A stretch of DNA of 64,000 bases, filler included, from Sphacelaria rigidula (GCA_964200075.2; 9 parts of 9 records of this genome joined end to end with filler, not necessarily neighbours in it), one strand, 5' to 3'; positions 1 through 13,158 are shown, counted from the whole stretch's first letter. Translations and numbers: made by a program. Notes: generated by a model from the sequence alone, not told the origin.

Positions 1-560
1 TGAAATTTTAATAGTGGGATTGTGTTGGATTTTAACAAAATCAAAACAAATCAATTGAGAAAAAAAGAAGGGGGGGGGGGGTGATTCCACGAAAAACAGG
101 GGCTCACAAGTGTGTCAGGCGACCTATCCACTCGGGGTTCGTTTGTATTTTGGTAAAAGCGGTGTCAAATGGTATGAATGGATGTGCCTTATTGGTCTCA
201 AGCGCGTTCGAACAACCGTTGCTGCTTTAAAGGACAATTTGAGGTGGAATTTCGTGGGAGAAACGCCCCATAATACGCCCCCCCCCCCGTATCGTAACAT
301 CACACTTCGGCGTAAGCTGCGTGCAAATGTTGTCTATCCAGTGATAATGAGAACCTCGGTTCACGTAGTTCTGTGTAGCTTGCTGAAGGTTACGTTTATA
401 CGGACCCCGGTCTTCGCGGTTTACGTAGACATCGTTATGTATTACCAAATGTTAAATACAAGTGGAGATAAATTATGGTGATTGAGGCAAACAAAAAAAA
501 ACTGTTCTTTTTCTCTCGTGCTGCATGCAAGTTTTACGTCCTCCTGCTGTCCTTCCTCAC

Positions 561-723
561 CATTTGTTCTCGGCTGGCTTTGGCGAGCTCCCCGTAAGCC
601 TCGGCATCTGTTTCAGCTAGATCATCCAACATTTTCCACACGTTGGCTGCCTCTGGACCCATGTCTCCCCCCACCCCACTCAATCCCATCTGCCGAGCGA
701 CCGCGGCGACCTCTCTCATCCTT

Positions 724-724
<1 letters not shown>
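561..724 (-). CDS. Internal or first coding exon of a PIH1D2-like (PIH1/R2TP-family co-chaperone) gene
   Basis: CAG acceptor after a (CA)n tract at 725-727 and GTGAGG donor at 560-555. Translation GRMREVAAVARQMGLSGVGGDMGPEAANVWKMLDDLAETDAEAYGELAKASREQM; the WKMLDDLAETDAEAY motif resembles the PIH1D2 N-terminal W..LDDLA.SDPE.Y motif, recalled from memory and not searched. Confidence 0.55.

Positions 725-725
<1 letters not shown>

Positions 726-765
<40 letters not shown>
726..765. repeat. (GT)n microsatellite
   Basis: About 20 perfect GT units, directly upstream of the exon acceptor on the minus strand. Confidence 0.95.
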
Positions 766-768
<3 letters not shown>

Positions 769-1273
769 AAGGGAAGCCCATGCAGAGCGGTGGGCACCGA
801 TCGCCTGGTCAGCTAAAGCCCGAATTCTGCTAAGACCACAAGTGTGACCAGTACCATGCCATTCATTCGTGCCATCGATATAGCTGCTGTACCTGGATTC
901 CGGCATTTTCAATCCGTCCACCTATTCCTTCCGTGGGTGGTTTGACAGGAGAGGTGTATACGCGTGCGAGCGAAATCGCCGTCGGCTGCAGGCTCATGAT
1001 TGTTCGTTTGCCCTGTCCTTCCGTGAGGAACCCGGCGTAAACCTTGGTGCTATGACTTTGAAGATGAGCACCACCAGTAACACAAAATATCAATTATTGC
1101 AGAAAACTATAACAATGCCGGCAACCATGGCTAGGGACGAGATGTCGAGGCGCTCGGCGACCCACCCTGTACATTTGCCAAATGTGCTGCCTGAGCGCTG
1201 CCACGCGGTGTTGGGAATCGTTTGGGCAGGAACAACACCCTTCGACGGGTACAGCCACCCTTCGGCGACATAC

Positions 1274-1348
1274 CAACTTCAGAACGCTTCGAGGTGTGTG
1301 CAGACGATTTTCGAAGACGGTGCGTGCCCGTTGACAGACCTTTGAGCT
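1274..1348 (-). CDS. Possible upstream 75-nt exon of the same gene
   Basis: ctcacag acceptor and GTATGT donor. Phase 1-1 joins in frame to exon 561-724 (ELKGLSTGTHRLRKSSAHTSKRSEV|G). Could instead be 5' UTR. Confidence 0.3.
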
Positions 1349-1712
1349 CTGTGAGACGAGTGCGCTTACATTAGGGTTGGCATTGGTCGTAGCGCGCAGG
1401 AGCTGTCGCTGATTGAGATACCAATGGGTCACCAGTCGCACCGCAGTGAGTGTCAGAATACAAAACCAAAGCATACTATAATAGTAAAAAAACAATGAAA
1501 AGAAAAAAACACTGTTTGGGTCCAGACTTAACGCTGATTTCATATTCTAATCACCCAGAATATTTAATTCGTCGCACTTGATTAGCTGATCGTTCGTCGC
1601 CTGCATGATTGAGCGGTGCACTACGAAATAGTATCACTACCACAGATGAGCCCTAACTCTGCAGGCCCTCTATTTCCGCCTACACCGAAAGATTCAACCC
1701 GAAACGGTGGCG

Positions 1713-2090
1713 AGTGGTGTCACGGTAGAGGTGCACTTTTTGGGCCAGAAGCTGTCTCAGGTGGAACACTTGGGCCTAGGTCTTGAGTTCGAAGCTCATA
1801 AGAGCATGGCGGTGCTTGCACTGCGCCAAGTTGATAGTTTGTTTTTGTAGGCGCAACCCCCACACTGCCTTGAGCAAAGCTTGCGAACGCTCGAGGCGCC
1901 TGCCCCACATGAGTGCCGCCAGGCAGTCTAGCCGAGCGTCCGGGTAAGCGGCGCTCGAATTCGCTCACTGGGTATGTTTTTGTGTTAGGTTTCCTCCCTT
2001 CGTCAAGGGAAAATAAAAAACAAGAAACAAAAACTTGGGCCTAAGTGAAGAGCCTCAGAAAGTGTTGTGCACCCCTACCGTGGCACCACT
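1713..2090. mobile_element. MITE with 24-bp TIRs, interrupted by a SINE-like insertion
   Basis: AGTGGTGTCACGGTAGAGGTGCAC (1713-1736) is the reverse complement of GTGCACCCCTACCGTGGCACCACT (2067-2090) with 2 mismatches. The same end motif recurs near 3619-3634. Confidence 0.7.
1779..2032 (+). mobile_element. SINE-like retroposon (family B), copy 1
   Basis: 11-bp TSD ACTTGGGCCTA (1768-1778 and 2033-2043), A-rich 3' tail, homologous to 20274-20508. Confidence 0.7.
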
Positions 2091-3159
2091 GTGGCCGTAG
2101 GTTACCTACCTCAAGGCGAATATTGCAACGTGCCTCGTGTTGATGCGATTGTCAAGGTGTAAGTGAGGTACTATCATGGTGTGCGCGTGTTGAATAACCT
2201 CGTGACAGCGTCTTGATGGGTTGTGCAATACGTAGTTGCCAACCCCACGTTTCGCAAGGCGTTGCAATGTCAGTCTCAAGATATCCCTTTGGTTACCTGT
2301 GTGAGTTTCAGAACTATGCGAATACCGCGGATCTACGAAATTCTGCAATCGGGTTTGTTGGGAAAATATTGTGTGCTGCCGCAGTGCTTCCCGACAGGTA
2401 TTGCGCGACCAGTAGTGAGTTCAGAGGTGGTGGCTGGGTACTCGCGTGATGGATGGGAGGTTTTGCCATGCTGCATCCGTCCCGTTATCGTCGAGGAACC
2501 CATGGAGTGGGTGTGATTTTCATGACATAATTTCAATTGGGTTTCAAGCGTAATGTTTTCGGGGGAGTAGAGGTTGGAAATTATTCACTCGCCTAGCCTC
2601 GGGCTAGCCCGTACGAAGACAAGCGCTACTCTGCTCCCTCATTGGGAGATCCACCAACTGAATACTTGACCAAGCAAGGCAAAGTGAGACCTGCTGCCAT
2701 GCGGTACTCGTTGCCTTTTTTCTCGAGCGACGGGATCACGGCTGGTGACTGACTGCGGCACGATGCCCCGTGTGTATCGTAAGGTATATCACCCCTAGGG
2801 TCTGTCAGAAGCAAAATTCTGTACACGTTGCCCGCGCCCCCCCACCCCACCCCCGTCCCGCAATGCAATTTTTCGAAAGTTGTCATGGTTGTTGTGCCTT
2901 TTTGTTCAAAATTGTTGAAAATATTATATCAAGAAATGCTGATGAAAACCGCAAAGTCTGGTTGCCTCTGCGACGTTCGCATATTTACTTCTGCTTCTGG
3001 CCCGCTCTGTCAAAATGACCTTGGGCGCCGGCCACGCTCCTTGCCAAGGATCTGTGTACACAGCAGCTCACCGCATCCGCTAACGCCTCGGCTATAAACT
3101 AGGGGGTAATAGGCTGGATATCCCCGCCCGCCCCCCCCCCTGGTCCGGCGAAAACCCGG

Positions 3160-3240
3160 CGTGCTCCGTCCCGATATTGTAGGAATGCGAGGTCAATGGT
3201 CTTATGACTATGGCATGCATGATCATGAGTACACCCCTTC
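3160..3240 (+). mobile_element. Short 3'-end fragment of a sister subfamily of the C-tailed LINE
   Basis: GTGCTCCGTC..GATGCGAGGTCAATGGTC..ATGACTATGGC..ATGAGTACACCCC aligns with the LINE 3' end at 54620-54690 (minus) and with 11745-11825 (minus). Confidence 0.55.
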
Positions 3241-5947
3241 ACACACCCCTCCCTCAAAAACATGATTTTCGATCTTAGGGCCTACGTGTCCAGAAATTTT
3301 TTCTCGGCTGACCCTTGGTCACCCTTACATAAATATTGGCCCAAGATACTGATACTGTACCTGATGAGACGATGTCTGGATGTGAGCGATGCCTATGATA
3401 GGGAGGGGTGCACAAATATCTTCCGAGGTTAGAATTGTTTGGAGCTCTTCATCTCATCTAAAACACGACGTATGGAATATGTGAGAGTTCGCCAGGGTTA
3501 CTATTCCGGTATGCTAGGGATATTCCGCATGCATTTGCAAACGGGGGTGCCCTTACCCATATTATTTTTCATATAGAACAGTTAGGAGCCCCTGAACCGG
3601 ACAAGATTTTGCGCAAAAGTGCACCCCTACCGTAGAGTTGCTCATGTTCAGTAACACCCCCCCCCGTGTATGATAACGTTTTCCCCTCCCCAACGTTGTC
3701 GACGAGAGGGATGACCCTGAACTCCCGAGAGTAGCGCTTATTTTGTCGAAGATCTTGACATCATCGGTCGAATGGCACGACCTTCGGCGTGATATGCACT
3801 GGCTACAGTTTAACGCGCTGCCGTCGCGGCCCTGGACCAACCGCACTTTTCGTCAAGTAACACCTGTCTTTACCTCCGGATGTTCCCTCACCCTGAACAA
3901 GCGGAAAATCCACCGCGTACGGCATCATAGTACAGCTGTATCCCCCCCCCACGTCCTACCTTCACTTTCTCGAGCTCAATTTCTCGCAGAAAAGCTCCCT
4001 AAAGACACACGTGTTACCCAACCGTGCATCATTTGAAGTATCTAGTCGGGTTTATCTGCGTGTATGCTCTCTTTAACTGGCGAATGTTGCAACTCTCAAG
4101 AATGTCGAGGCCAATGGTTGTAGGTCTGGGCTTCGCTGAGATACACTCGGATGTCAAGCACGATCTTTGATCCTTCCTACACCACACCTGCATCCCTCCT
4201 GCCGCCGATATCCCCGGGCCGTGCCGCGTGGAACAGTGCCGCATTCATGATGATATCACATATGCAGGCAGAGTTCAACGGAGCGCCGCGCGAAAGTACG
4301 AACCCGAGACATCAACAGCCATATCCAAAATTGGAGTATGGCAATAGACACCGGATACATTTTGCGCTTGAGACCTGCTGATGCTCCCGGAGGTACCGTT
4401 GTTGACCGATATGATACAATGGATTTAAATACCTACTCTCCCACATGTGCATGTAAGTTGAACTAAATTTATGCTGTGAGAATTTTTGAATGAATGTCCG
4501 GTAGATATTGATTTTTTGTAAACACACATGAACACTGGTAGGTACAACTGTATCTAGTATGACACCAAACTTGTACACTAAAAACAAACCCACCAACGGG
4601 AGTTGCGCGCGTCTATAGACGAATATAGCATCTAGAAACACAAATAGCAATCCAAAATAAAAGTGAAAACACAGGGAGAGACGACACTCAAAACCGGGTA
4701 TTACCCCAATTGAAAGATACACCTACACAAGCACAGAGTGCGTAGTCATCGAAGGACGGTATTCAATTTTTTCCTGTGTATCTCTTCGACACGGACGAAG
4801 CGACAAAGGCAGAGTCACAGCCGCTTTCAAAACGTTAACGGATATCGACGGGCAGTGCTTTTGTACCACAGCAAATACAGCTCCAAATTCCGAGTTGACC
4901 AAATATACTGGAAAAAAACAAGCAACCAGCTGCCTCTTCTTACACCAGAGCGCCCAGCAGTCATGTGCAAGGCTACCCACAACAGCGGTGGCAGTGATGG
5001 AGATCGTACCGGCTGCGGAGGCAACAGAAGCGGTGCCCTTCAACGTAGCTTGCGGCACCTCAAGCGCGGAGGAGCGTCCGACGCCGGTAAGGGAGAGTGT
5101 TGATTGCCCTAATGTCATCGTGTTTTCCAGTAGAGTTTTCGAAGTTCAACTAGTCCCACTGTCTGTTGTTCAAGTCACTTGTATAGGCGAGGCGGGGAAA
5201 GGAAGTGATGAAGAGAGGCGGGTGGAAAGGGGGCTGTTGACTGTGTCGTCTTCGCGAGAGGCTCGACCAATAGGGTGTGGAATCGATTGACGCAGCTGTT
5301 TATAATTTCTGTCATCCATGAGTGAAAGCCTGCGATCGCCGTCTCTCCTCTTCATCCTGTCAAAAATACAGTACAGATATTACTGACTGTTCTCGTAGTA
5401 GTTCAAAAAAGAGCGGGTTCGGTGTTTGTCTTCGTTCTTTACTACTTCGGGCTATACAACAAATGAAACCGCCCACATTTGTGAGATACATCCCGCCAAC
5501 CTGCGTACTGTCTGTATAATAGTGGCACCGACAACCGGTACCTTCGTGTATGCCCGTGAAATTCTCAAGCATACAGCAGATCCCCGCGCAAATTGTGGCT
5601 ACGCAGTTGTTCGACGGGTCGGGTCACTCAATTGCCAGATTCCCAGCAAATCGCTGCAAATACACAACATATTTTTGGCTAGCAGAACAGTGTCCGGGCG
5701 GCACGGGGGGGGCGGGGAGGAGGGTACTTGAAGTCTGAAGGGAATAGACCACACAGAACATGATCGCATGCCACATGACCATCATGCACACATCACCCGC
5801 AAGCGGGCCGCACGGTCGCAAACCGTAAACGACGCGCCGCGGTTTCCGAGCCTACCATGTGTAGGGGGAAGAGGGGGGGCGAGGAGCGCGCGATGAGATA
5901 TTGCCGTTCGCACGAAACAGGAACAAGAGCAGAGCGTTGGGGGTCAT

Positions 5948-6045
5948 CCCTTGGACCGCGAAAGTAGGTCACCTGTTGAATCGGCATCAATTTCACTCGA
6001 AAAAAGTATCCATGATCGAGGTGGGCTAGCCTGGCGGTCGAAGGG
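5948..6045. mobile_element. piggyBac-type mini-MITE (~100 bp), diverged copy
   Basis: CCCTTGGACCGCG...GCGGTCGAAGGG ends and internal TGTTGAATCGGCATCAAT shared with 19567-19759. Confidence 0.6.
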
Positions 6046-6437
6046 ACCAGTGTTGGAGTCTGAATGAGCAGACCAGAAACGTTACGGGATAACAACAGGA
6101 CACACACAAGACCACATCATCCACGCACACGACGAATAGCCCGTATCCCATAAACAAACCCGCCGCATTTTCGAAGATCGTCATGTACAAACTGGCTCTT
6201 GTATCGTGAGGGAGCGCAAGGGATGGCACAAGCATTAGAGAGGTACGAAATGGTACAGTCATGTCTGACTACTGTACCTGACCGCTGCACTAGCTGTAGA
6301 AAGTGGTACTCTGCGCAGACGGACGCCTGGTTGGTCGCTCCTGAATGTTGAGCTGAGTGCTGTACAATAGTAGTCCTTGTGATGAGGCCCTCTCTTTGTG
6401 ACCGAATGTAAGCAAAAGAGGCGCAAGAAGCCAAATC

Positions 6438-6656
6438 CCGCAACTGTGCGAGTTATCACACACCCCCTGTACCGAATTTCAAAGCTCGATCACTCCACAA
6501 CAAGAACAGCATCAGTTCTGACAAGGGTGACGCTGGAAAGATCTCGTCGCGATAGCTGTCCGAAAACGCGTCGTTTGGTATTGGCATCCTCTTCGTCATG
6601 GAGTAATCGAGCTTTAAAATTCGGTCCAGGGGGTGTGGATGACTCGCACAATTACG
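6438..6656. mobile_element. Foldback MITE with ~75-bp inverted arms
   Basis: AACTGTGCGAGTTATCACACACCCCCTGTACCGAATTTCAAAGCTCGATCACTCCA is inverted as TGGAGTAATCGAGCTTTAAAATTCGGTCCAGGGGGTGTGGATGACTCGCACAATT. Confidence 0.7.
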
Positions 6657-7027
6657 GTAAGCGTCCAAAAGCAGTATGTTATTGAGTTTGCGCCGTAGTA
6701 GCCATAGACCCCCCCCCCTCCCCCAGCGGCTAGTCAACGCGCTGCTCTTGGACGCTTGTTTCGTTCTACGCGTCTACTTTGGGTCTCGACAAAACAAAGC
6801 CTGTGAGGTGGTGTTTTAAATCAAGAGCAAAATATTTTTCGATCGAAAAAGGTGCGGCGCGAAAAAGTTTTTTTATAGATTCCGATCTGAGGGAGCTGGA
6901 TATGAGTCATTATTGGTGTTCGCGTCATTGACGTTGATAATGACGACATACGAGCTGGGCCAGCCTAAAAACGGATTTATGCTCTGAAAGCAATATCTCT
7001 TCGACGCAGACGAGTTGGGCCGTGATC

Positions 7028-7127
7028 NNNNNNNNNNNNNNNNNNNNNNNNNNNNNNNNNNNNNNNNNNNNTTAATTAATTAANNNNNNNNNNNNNNNNN
7101 NNNNNNNNNNNNNNNNNNNNNNNNNNN
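7028..7127. other. Artificial scaffold linker (44N-TTAATTAATTAA-44N); identical linkers at 14155-14254, 21282-21381, 28409-28508, 35535-35634, 42661-42760, 49787-49886, 56913-57012
   Basis: Identical 100-nt spacer carrying stops in all six frames. Intervening segments are 7027, 7027, 7027, 7027, 7026, 7026, 7026, 7026 nt, i.e. size-sorted scaffolds. Confidence 0.98.
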
Positions 7128-8905
7128 CCCTGAGTAGGATATCAACGTGTAGCTGTAAGCACATGGTAGTGATGAGACGACGAAAAGCACACACGGAATG
7201 AAAAATTGGCCAAGTTAAAGCGAATGATCAAAGCCACTCTCAATCCACACCCAACTCTCAATCTCACGAACACCTTGTTCAAAGTCAACACCCGCCAACG
7301 ACCACAGAGGGAAAAATGCACATGGGACATATTTAAATGGAGTTTTTTACGGCCAAAATGCAGAGGGGAAAAAACCCAGGTCTGATATAAAGCGCTCTAG
7401 TCTGGAGACGAGCGACTCGCATCCCATAATCACAAAACCACAACCTCTTGGCTCGGTTCTTTAATTTGGGGGGGGGGGGGGCAGTCCTCGGTGCCTTTGA
7501 GAGAGACCATTTCACACCATTTCGAGCACCATTATTTATCTTTTTTCGTTCCGTCTCATAAAAAGATTGTGTTCCCATTCTTCAGGATCCGTTGTTCCTC
7601 CCTGTGTTCTGCTGTAGCACGGTCCACTTGCCTTTCATATAGCGAAGCACACAGCACACAGCTCTACAAACCGCACCAAACAAAGTTTTCGTGAGAGATT
7701 GAGAGTAGAGCGTTGGTTGAGAATTGCTCTTGTTTTTCACTTCAACTTGACCAATTTTTTCATTATGTGCGTGCTTTTCTTCGCCTGAAACACTGGCGTG
7801 TGCCCACAGCAACACGTCGATACCCTACCCAGAGATATCAAGGGCTTCAGTGGCAAACTACTACAGAACGCGTATCGGGCCTCGTGGAGGGGCCTTTCGA
7901 AAGTGAAACTACTCATGCATTAATTTACCCCTTCTCACTCTCGATCGTATCATCTACACTCAATCTCACGAAAACATTGTCAACACCAAAACGCGGCTAA
8001 ATATTATATAAGAGGCAATGCGGAAATAATTTCCCGCCGTGGCGTGTACACACAAGCGCACATAGAGACCGACACTCCTTGCCATGTTACAGGGAGGAGG
8101 CGCGGAGGCTGCCGCCTCACAGTGCTGCTGCTACGGCGGTGGCGACGGCGGGGGAGGGCTTCTACCGACTTAACGAAAACATATTTAATTACGCTTGCGC
8201 GTGCCCCACCATGGTGCCATACACACGGCGGTGGAACTCCCATGATATACGGGACTGCGAGACAAAGAGCACTGCTTGAGACAAGCCGTCGCAGCTCAGG
8301 ATGTGCCCCAGGGCTGCCCGCGATAGCAAGCAACCTCACACCAGCAACTGAGGTTTTATCGAAGTTATCGCACCCCTGTGTGATGACGCCGACCCCTGTG
8401 CGACAATCGGATTAAACTGTATCGCAGTTCCGTGTCGACTGGAGATCGCCCTTCGACAGCGAGGCAGTCGACGACTCAAATTCACTTACGGGTGTAAGCA
8501 AACCACCTTGTTCTCGTACTGATTTTTGTATTCCACTGCGCCTTTCAGTGAGGACCCTAAACCTCGTATCCCGACAACTACCGAGTCAGAAATCGCCATT
8601 TTTCGACTGAACGCCGTACTGACTCGGCAGATGAGACACGTGGGCGCCCGAACGCTTCCGTGCTCAGTGCCCTACTGTAACGAACCACAGGGGCAACCCC
8701 TCGAAGATCAGAAGGTGCGATGCACGAAGAGAAGCGTAGCCCTTCAGTACGCTTTTGTGATCTCCGGACTGAAGGGGAGAGGGGGTGGACCGAGTGCCTC
8801 GCAACCATACCATCAAATTAATAAATTTTTACGCCAAACAATACTCCAAGGCCGAATCTCATGCAACACCGACGAAAAATCTGACATTCTCGTAAGCACA
8901 CACGT

Positions 8906-9255
8906 GGTCGCCCCGGTGGCTCAGTTGGTAACCTCGCAACCTTCTGACGGTTGGGTCGTGGGTTCAAACCTTGGAGCGATCTGGGATGGTTTCTCACACA
9001 ATGCCTTAACAGTGGAGAGCTATGTCGTGGGTACACAAAATTCGACTTTATGGTCGACGACGGAAAGGGGCCGCTGAACACCTCTTGCGATAAAAAAAAA
9101 AGGTAAGCACCTCAGGAGGAAGGTGGAAAACTAAAATAAACGAAGAAAACTGCGTTGCCCTTCCCCCTGTGTGACCCCGGCTGGTGCGCCCACATATACC
9201 GAAAGGAGTAGACCGGCGTCCAGAATAAATGGGAAGACAACACAACACACACAAC
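8906..9255 (+). mobile_element. tRNA-derived SINE (family A), full-length copy
   Basis: Pol III A box TGGCTCAGTTGG (8917-8928), B box GGTTCAAACC (8961-8970), ~350-bp body and (CA)-rich tail; collinear with 19858-20220. Confidence 0.85.
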
Positions 9256-11744
9256 CTACAGTACCTCGAAGCGTAGGTGTATGATAAGATCAGCGCAACA
9301 GCAAACAAGCCGACTTGGACATGAAAGAGTACGGAGGCCCGCCAATTGAAAAACAATAACGACCGCGGTGGGTAAATTTACACGTTGGTTCACGGTCATA
9401 ACATGTAATAAGTCCGACGTGTCTATCGGCAGCGGAGAAGCACGAGAGGCGAAAAATCGTGCACGCTGCACGTAGGCAGGCATTGCAGTCAATGGCATGA
9501 CATCCACCACGTACACGCGTATAGTAGACATACATGTTACCGCGGAGGTCACGTATCGTACAGCAACCCCGCCTCCTTCCTCCCTCACGTCCGCGAAACG
9601 AACAACAACAAGTGAAAACACTCGAATGTATGTACAATATCCAGCAACTCAGCTAAATGAACGACTACAAAGGGGGGAAGAAGCTTGCACAGCGTCAACC
9701 AGCGGTACAATTTCTGCACACGACTACTACTACTGCTGTTGTGGCCTTAAAAATCTATACAGCACTACGTTTGTTTCACGTTTTCGGTAGCTCCACACAA
9801 CACGTGAACGTTGTCGACGATCGATTTCAAAACCGCATTATGCTGGCCCGGGCGAGTATGAAATGACCGCGTATGGCGCATGACAGGGCACGTCATGACA
9901 ATACTAGACTCTGCTCGCCGGCAGAAATGAAGCTCATACGAGACGCGAATCTCCCCCCAACACCTCGAACTCGAGTGCTCGTGCTCGCAAAGTTGACGCA
10001 GCCGTAGAACTCCGAGCCTTTCCCTCGAAGCCCTCGCATCGACCATCGACCATCGAACGTCTACCGCCGTTGCTTCTACAGCTTTACCCTATCGCTACGA
10101 CGCTCCCACAGGTATATTTTAACGGCAGTATATATGCTCACGCGCACATGAGAGGCAACAAACAAATCGATACGCACTGTACCCAAAATGAACGTATGGG
10201 TATATGGTGCAAGAGTCTGCCAGCTTGCACACAATGGTACAAACGATCACGACGGACACTACGAGTGAGGTGGTAACAAAAAAGGTGGGAGTGCTGAGAC
10301 GTTATTCTGTATTGCTGAATTTGACTACACATGCGCCACAACTCGCTTACCAGGCACACAGCCAGCGACTCTGAAGAGTGAACATGCAAAAAAAAAAAAA
10401 CGCACGGATTGAACAGAAGTCGCACACTTGGTAGCTACTTGCCGAGTTTTTAACCGAACAAATACCCGCGCAGCTTCATCTCGTCGATGTACCGCTGACG
10501 AATCTATCGAGCATTTGAAGCAACTGGAGGGAACAGATGTCCCCTTCAATATAGGTCAAGAGTAATGGAGAAGTAAGCAGGGGCCGATTGAGCCGAAAGT
10601 CAGGTGCAGTCTGACAAACCCGCCTCGGGAGAGAGAATCCCCACCCCCGTCCCTCCTCTCTCCGATGTAACAAGGAAAAAAAAACATGGACGCTGCCATA
10701 GCAACAGCAAAAGAAACGCCGCGCGGAAATCCGATATAACAGAATTTGCATCCACCTGGAGTCCTGCACATGAACGACTAGATTTTGCATTACTGAGTAC
10801 CGACGTCGACTTCTTACGAACATCCTTCTCTGGCTATCTTGCCTAAAGTCCGTGCCATTTACCATTCCACGCATGTTATTGGCGTGTGATGAGACTCTAA
10901 CTGCGACACAGCAAACATGCATGCGTGGGTACAGAGGAGGTCCGCTCACGAAAAAATGAAAATCAGGCTGAGCCTGACTTTCAACTCTGATGCAAAAGCC
11001 TAACTGTCTCGAATTTAGTATTACCCTAGTCGCTGAGGCTCAACATTCTCTTAGTTAGTCCTTTGAAAATCTTGGCCCCATTCTCTTGCATCCTCGTTTT
11101 TCATGAGCAGGCTGCTACTACTGTACGTGGGTACTTGCGCATCGCAGTACTGGAAAATGACGAACATTCAACCGGTAGATGATGACATATAACGGACACC
11201 GGACGGAACCACCACATTCTCCAGCAGGAGGTGGGGGTGGGGGGCGTGGAAAGCATAACTCATACGGCACATAAACTCACCGAAGAACATACGACTACGA
11301 AAGAGAAGATACAAAGAAACATACAAGCATGAAGGGTGCGCTGTGGTTGAGAGCCTGGTGGTTGATAAACACGCACGGTCCGGCAAAGCTGCAAGTGAGC
11401 AGGATGGCCGCGAAGGACCAGAAAGATTGGCACATATACGGTGTTTCTAGTTATGATCCCACCATACACACTAGAGCGGTTTTTCCAGAGTTCGGGGTCT
11501 CGCTATCGTGCGGTCAAATCGCTCGTAACAGGCCCGCTGCACTACTACCGCATCTCCATGTGTCTGCACTACACCCCCGACAGATTAGCCAGGCAGATCT
11601 CGTGACGCGACACTGCAATGGTGCCAGCACTACCAACGCCTTTTTCGGTAACCCTGCCCAACGCACACAGACTTTTGTTAAGTGACAAATTTCCACGTGA
11701 AGAGTTTTCGGGCAGCGGACGGGGGCGGCGGGCGGCGGGCGGCG

Positions 11745-11825
11745 AGAGGGGGGGTGTACTCATGATATTGCGTTCCATAGTCATAGGACCATTGACCTCG
11801 CATCCCTACAAAGCTGGGATGGAAA
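11745..11825 (-). mobile_element. Short 3'-end fragment of the LINE sister subfamily
   Basis: Reverse complement GGGATGCGAGGTCAATGGTCCTATGACTATGG..ATGAGTACACCCCCCC matches 3160-3240. Confidence 0.55.
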
Positions 11826-11986
11826 CACGTCGGGCTGTCACCGGACGAGGTTCGACATCAATCACCCATCACCGTGATGTGTTCGCCGAGTCGCATGAAG
11901 GGCGAGTTGCACCCTGCTGATACTGTTCGGCCTGGAGCGTACTGATCACGCGGGCGGGGGGATAGCACGAACACTGCGCCATGCGT

Positions 11987-12137
11987 TCAGCGCCTTTTGC
12001 CGTCGTCTTGGAAAACAGACGCTCGAAATGCGATCTGCTCCCGCCTGTGGCGCTCGATGATACCCGTCAAGTGAACTCGCATCCTGGCTTTCATGGCTTC
12101 CAGCTGAGCTTCCAACGGCGCCAACTCCTCTCGACAT
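11987..12137 (-). CDS. Terminal coding exon of an unidentified gene (coiled-coil-like C-terminus)
   Basis: Pyrimidine-rich intron and ctgtag acceptor at 12138-12140. Phase-2 frame reads CREELAPLEAQLEAMKARMRVHLTGIIERHRREQIAFRASVFQDDGKRR*. This frame is not in the ORF track. Confidence 0.5.
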
Positions 12138-12565
12138 CTACAGCGAAGTAGTCACAAATATAGTCGTTGGTGGAGAAGCAGGGCCGGGGGACGGGGGACG
12201 GGGGGAATGGAGGGAATAAGGCAGAGTACAACTAGAGCGGATAGGGGTGTCAACGAGTTTAAGGCGTTTCTCGGAAGAGTTCCGACAGCAGAGTGAGAAG
12301 AACACCACGGTAAAAATCACGCTAGTTTCACGGTTGTTGCAGGAAGCGAGGGCGCGCACGAACCGCAATGGACAGTGGCATCAACGACACCGTCGGCTCT
12401 GTACTGTAGTTCGAATAGAAGGAGGTGATCTCGGGTGTTAGGTCCAGATGGACCCAACGATTTCAAGCAAGCATGCTGCGCATGCATATTTCCCCCACGT
12501 ATGTCTACTTCAAACGTTCCTGTGTTGCCCAACATTTTACACATTGCACAGATCAGCTGCCTGTA

Positions 12566-13158
12566 ACTGTAGCTCGAGCTAGCTCTTCTTCCACGTAGCT
12601 TTCCGCGGCCTATGAGAGCCACATGAGCCACGCATGTTTGCCCTGAGTGAGCTGTCAGAGAAACGTGAGCTACGCGTGTTTGCCCTAGGTGAGCTACCAA
12701 CCCGTTGCTCATCAGCGCATATTTTCCGTGGATGATCTATGAGAGCTACATGAGCTACGCATGTTTGCCGTGGATAAGCTGTGAGAGCTACACGAGCTAA
12801 GCATGTTTGCCGTGGATGAGCCGTGAGAGCTACACGAGCTAAGCATGTTTGCCGTGGATGAGCCGTGAGAGCTACATGAGCTACGCGTGTTTGCCGTGGA
12901 TGAGCGATGAGAGCTACGTGAGCTACGCATGTTTGCTGCGGATGAGCTATGAGAGCTACGTGAGCTACGCATGTTTGCCGTGATTGAGCTATGAGAGGTA
13001 CACGAGCTACGCATGTTTGCCGCGGATGAGCCATGAGAGCTACGTGAGCTACGTGTGTTTGCCGTGGATGGGCTATGATAGCTACATGAGCTACGCATGT
13101 TTACCCTGGGTGAGCCATGAGAGTTACGTGAGCTACGCGTGTTTGCCCTGGATGAGCT
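12566..13158. repeat. 42-bp minisatellite (~13-14 units)
   Basis: Unit approximately GAGCTACGCATGTTTGCCGTGGATGAGCTATGAGAGCTACAT; gives the 14-aa periodicity seen in overlapping spurious ORFs. Confidence 0.9.

Noticed and set aside
2110-2296. Minus-strand exon candidate (cag...GTAGGT)
   Set aside because: Its phase does not join the 1274-1348 exon in frame and the peptide is unrecognisable; at best UTR.
7072-7083. TTAATTAATTAA as a biological motif
   Set aside because: Part of the artificial linker. The natural (TTAA)n run at ~21468-21503 is a separate microsatellite.
8906-8985. tRNA gene
   Set aside because: A/B boxes are present but I see no proper anticodon arm or acceptor stem; it continues into a 350-bp body shared with other copies, so it is a SINE head.
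12566-13158. Possible CRISPR array or repeat protein
   Set aside because: Head-to-tail 42-bp units with no unique spacers, no cas genes and a eukaryotic context.
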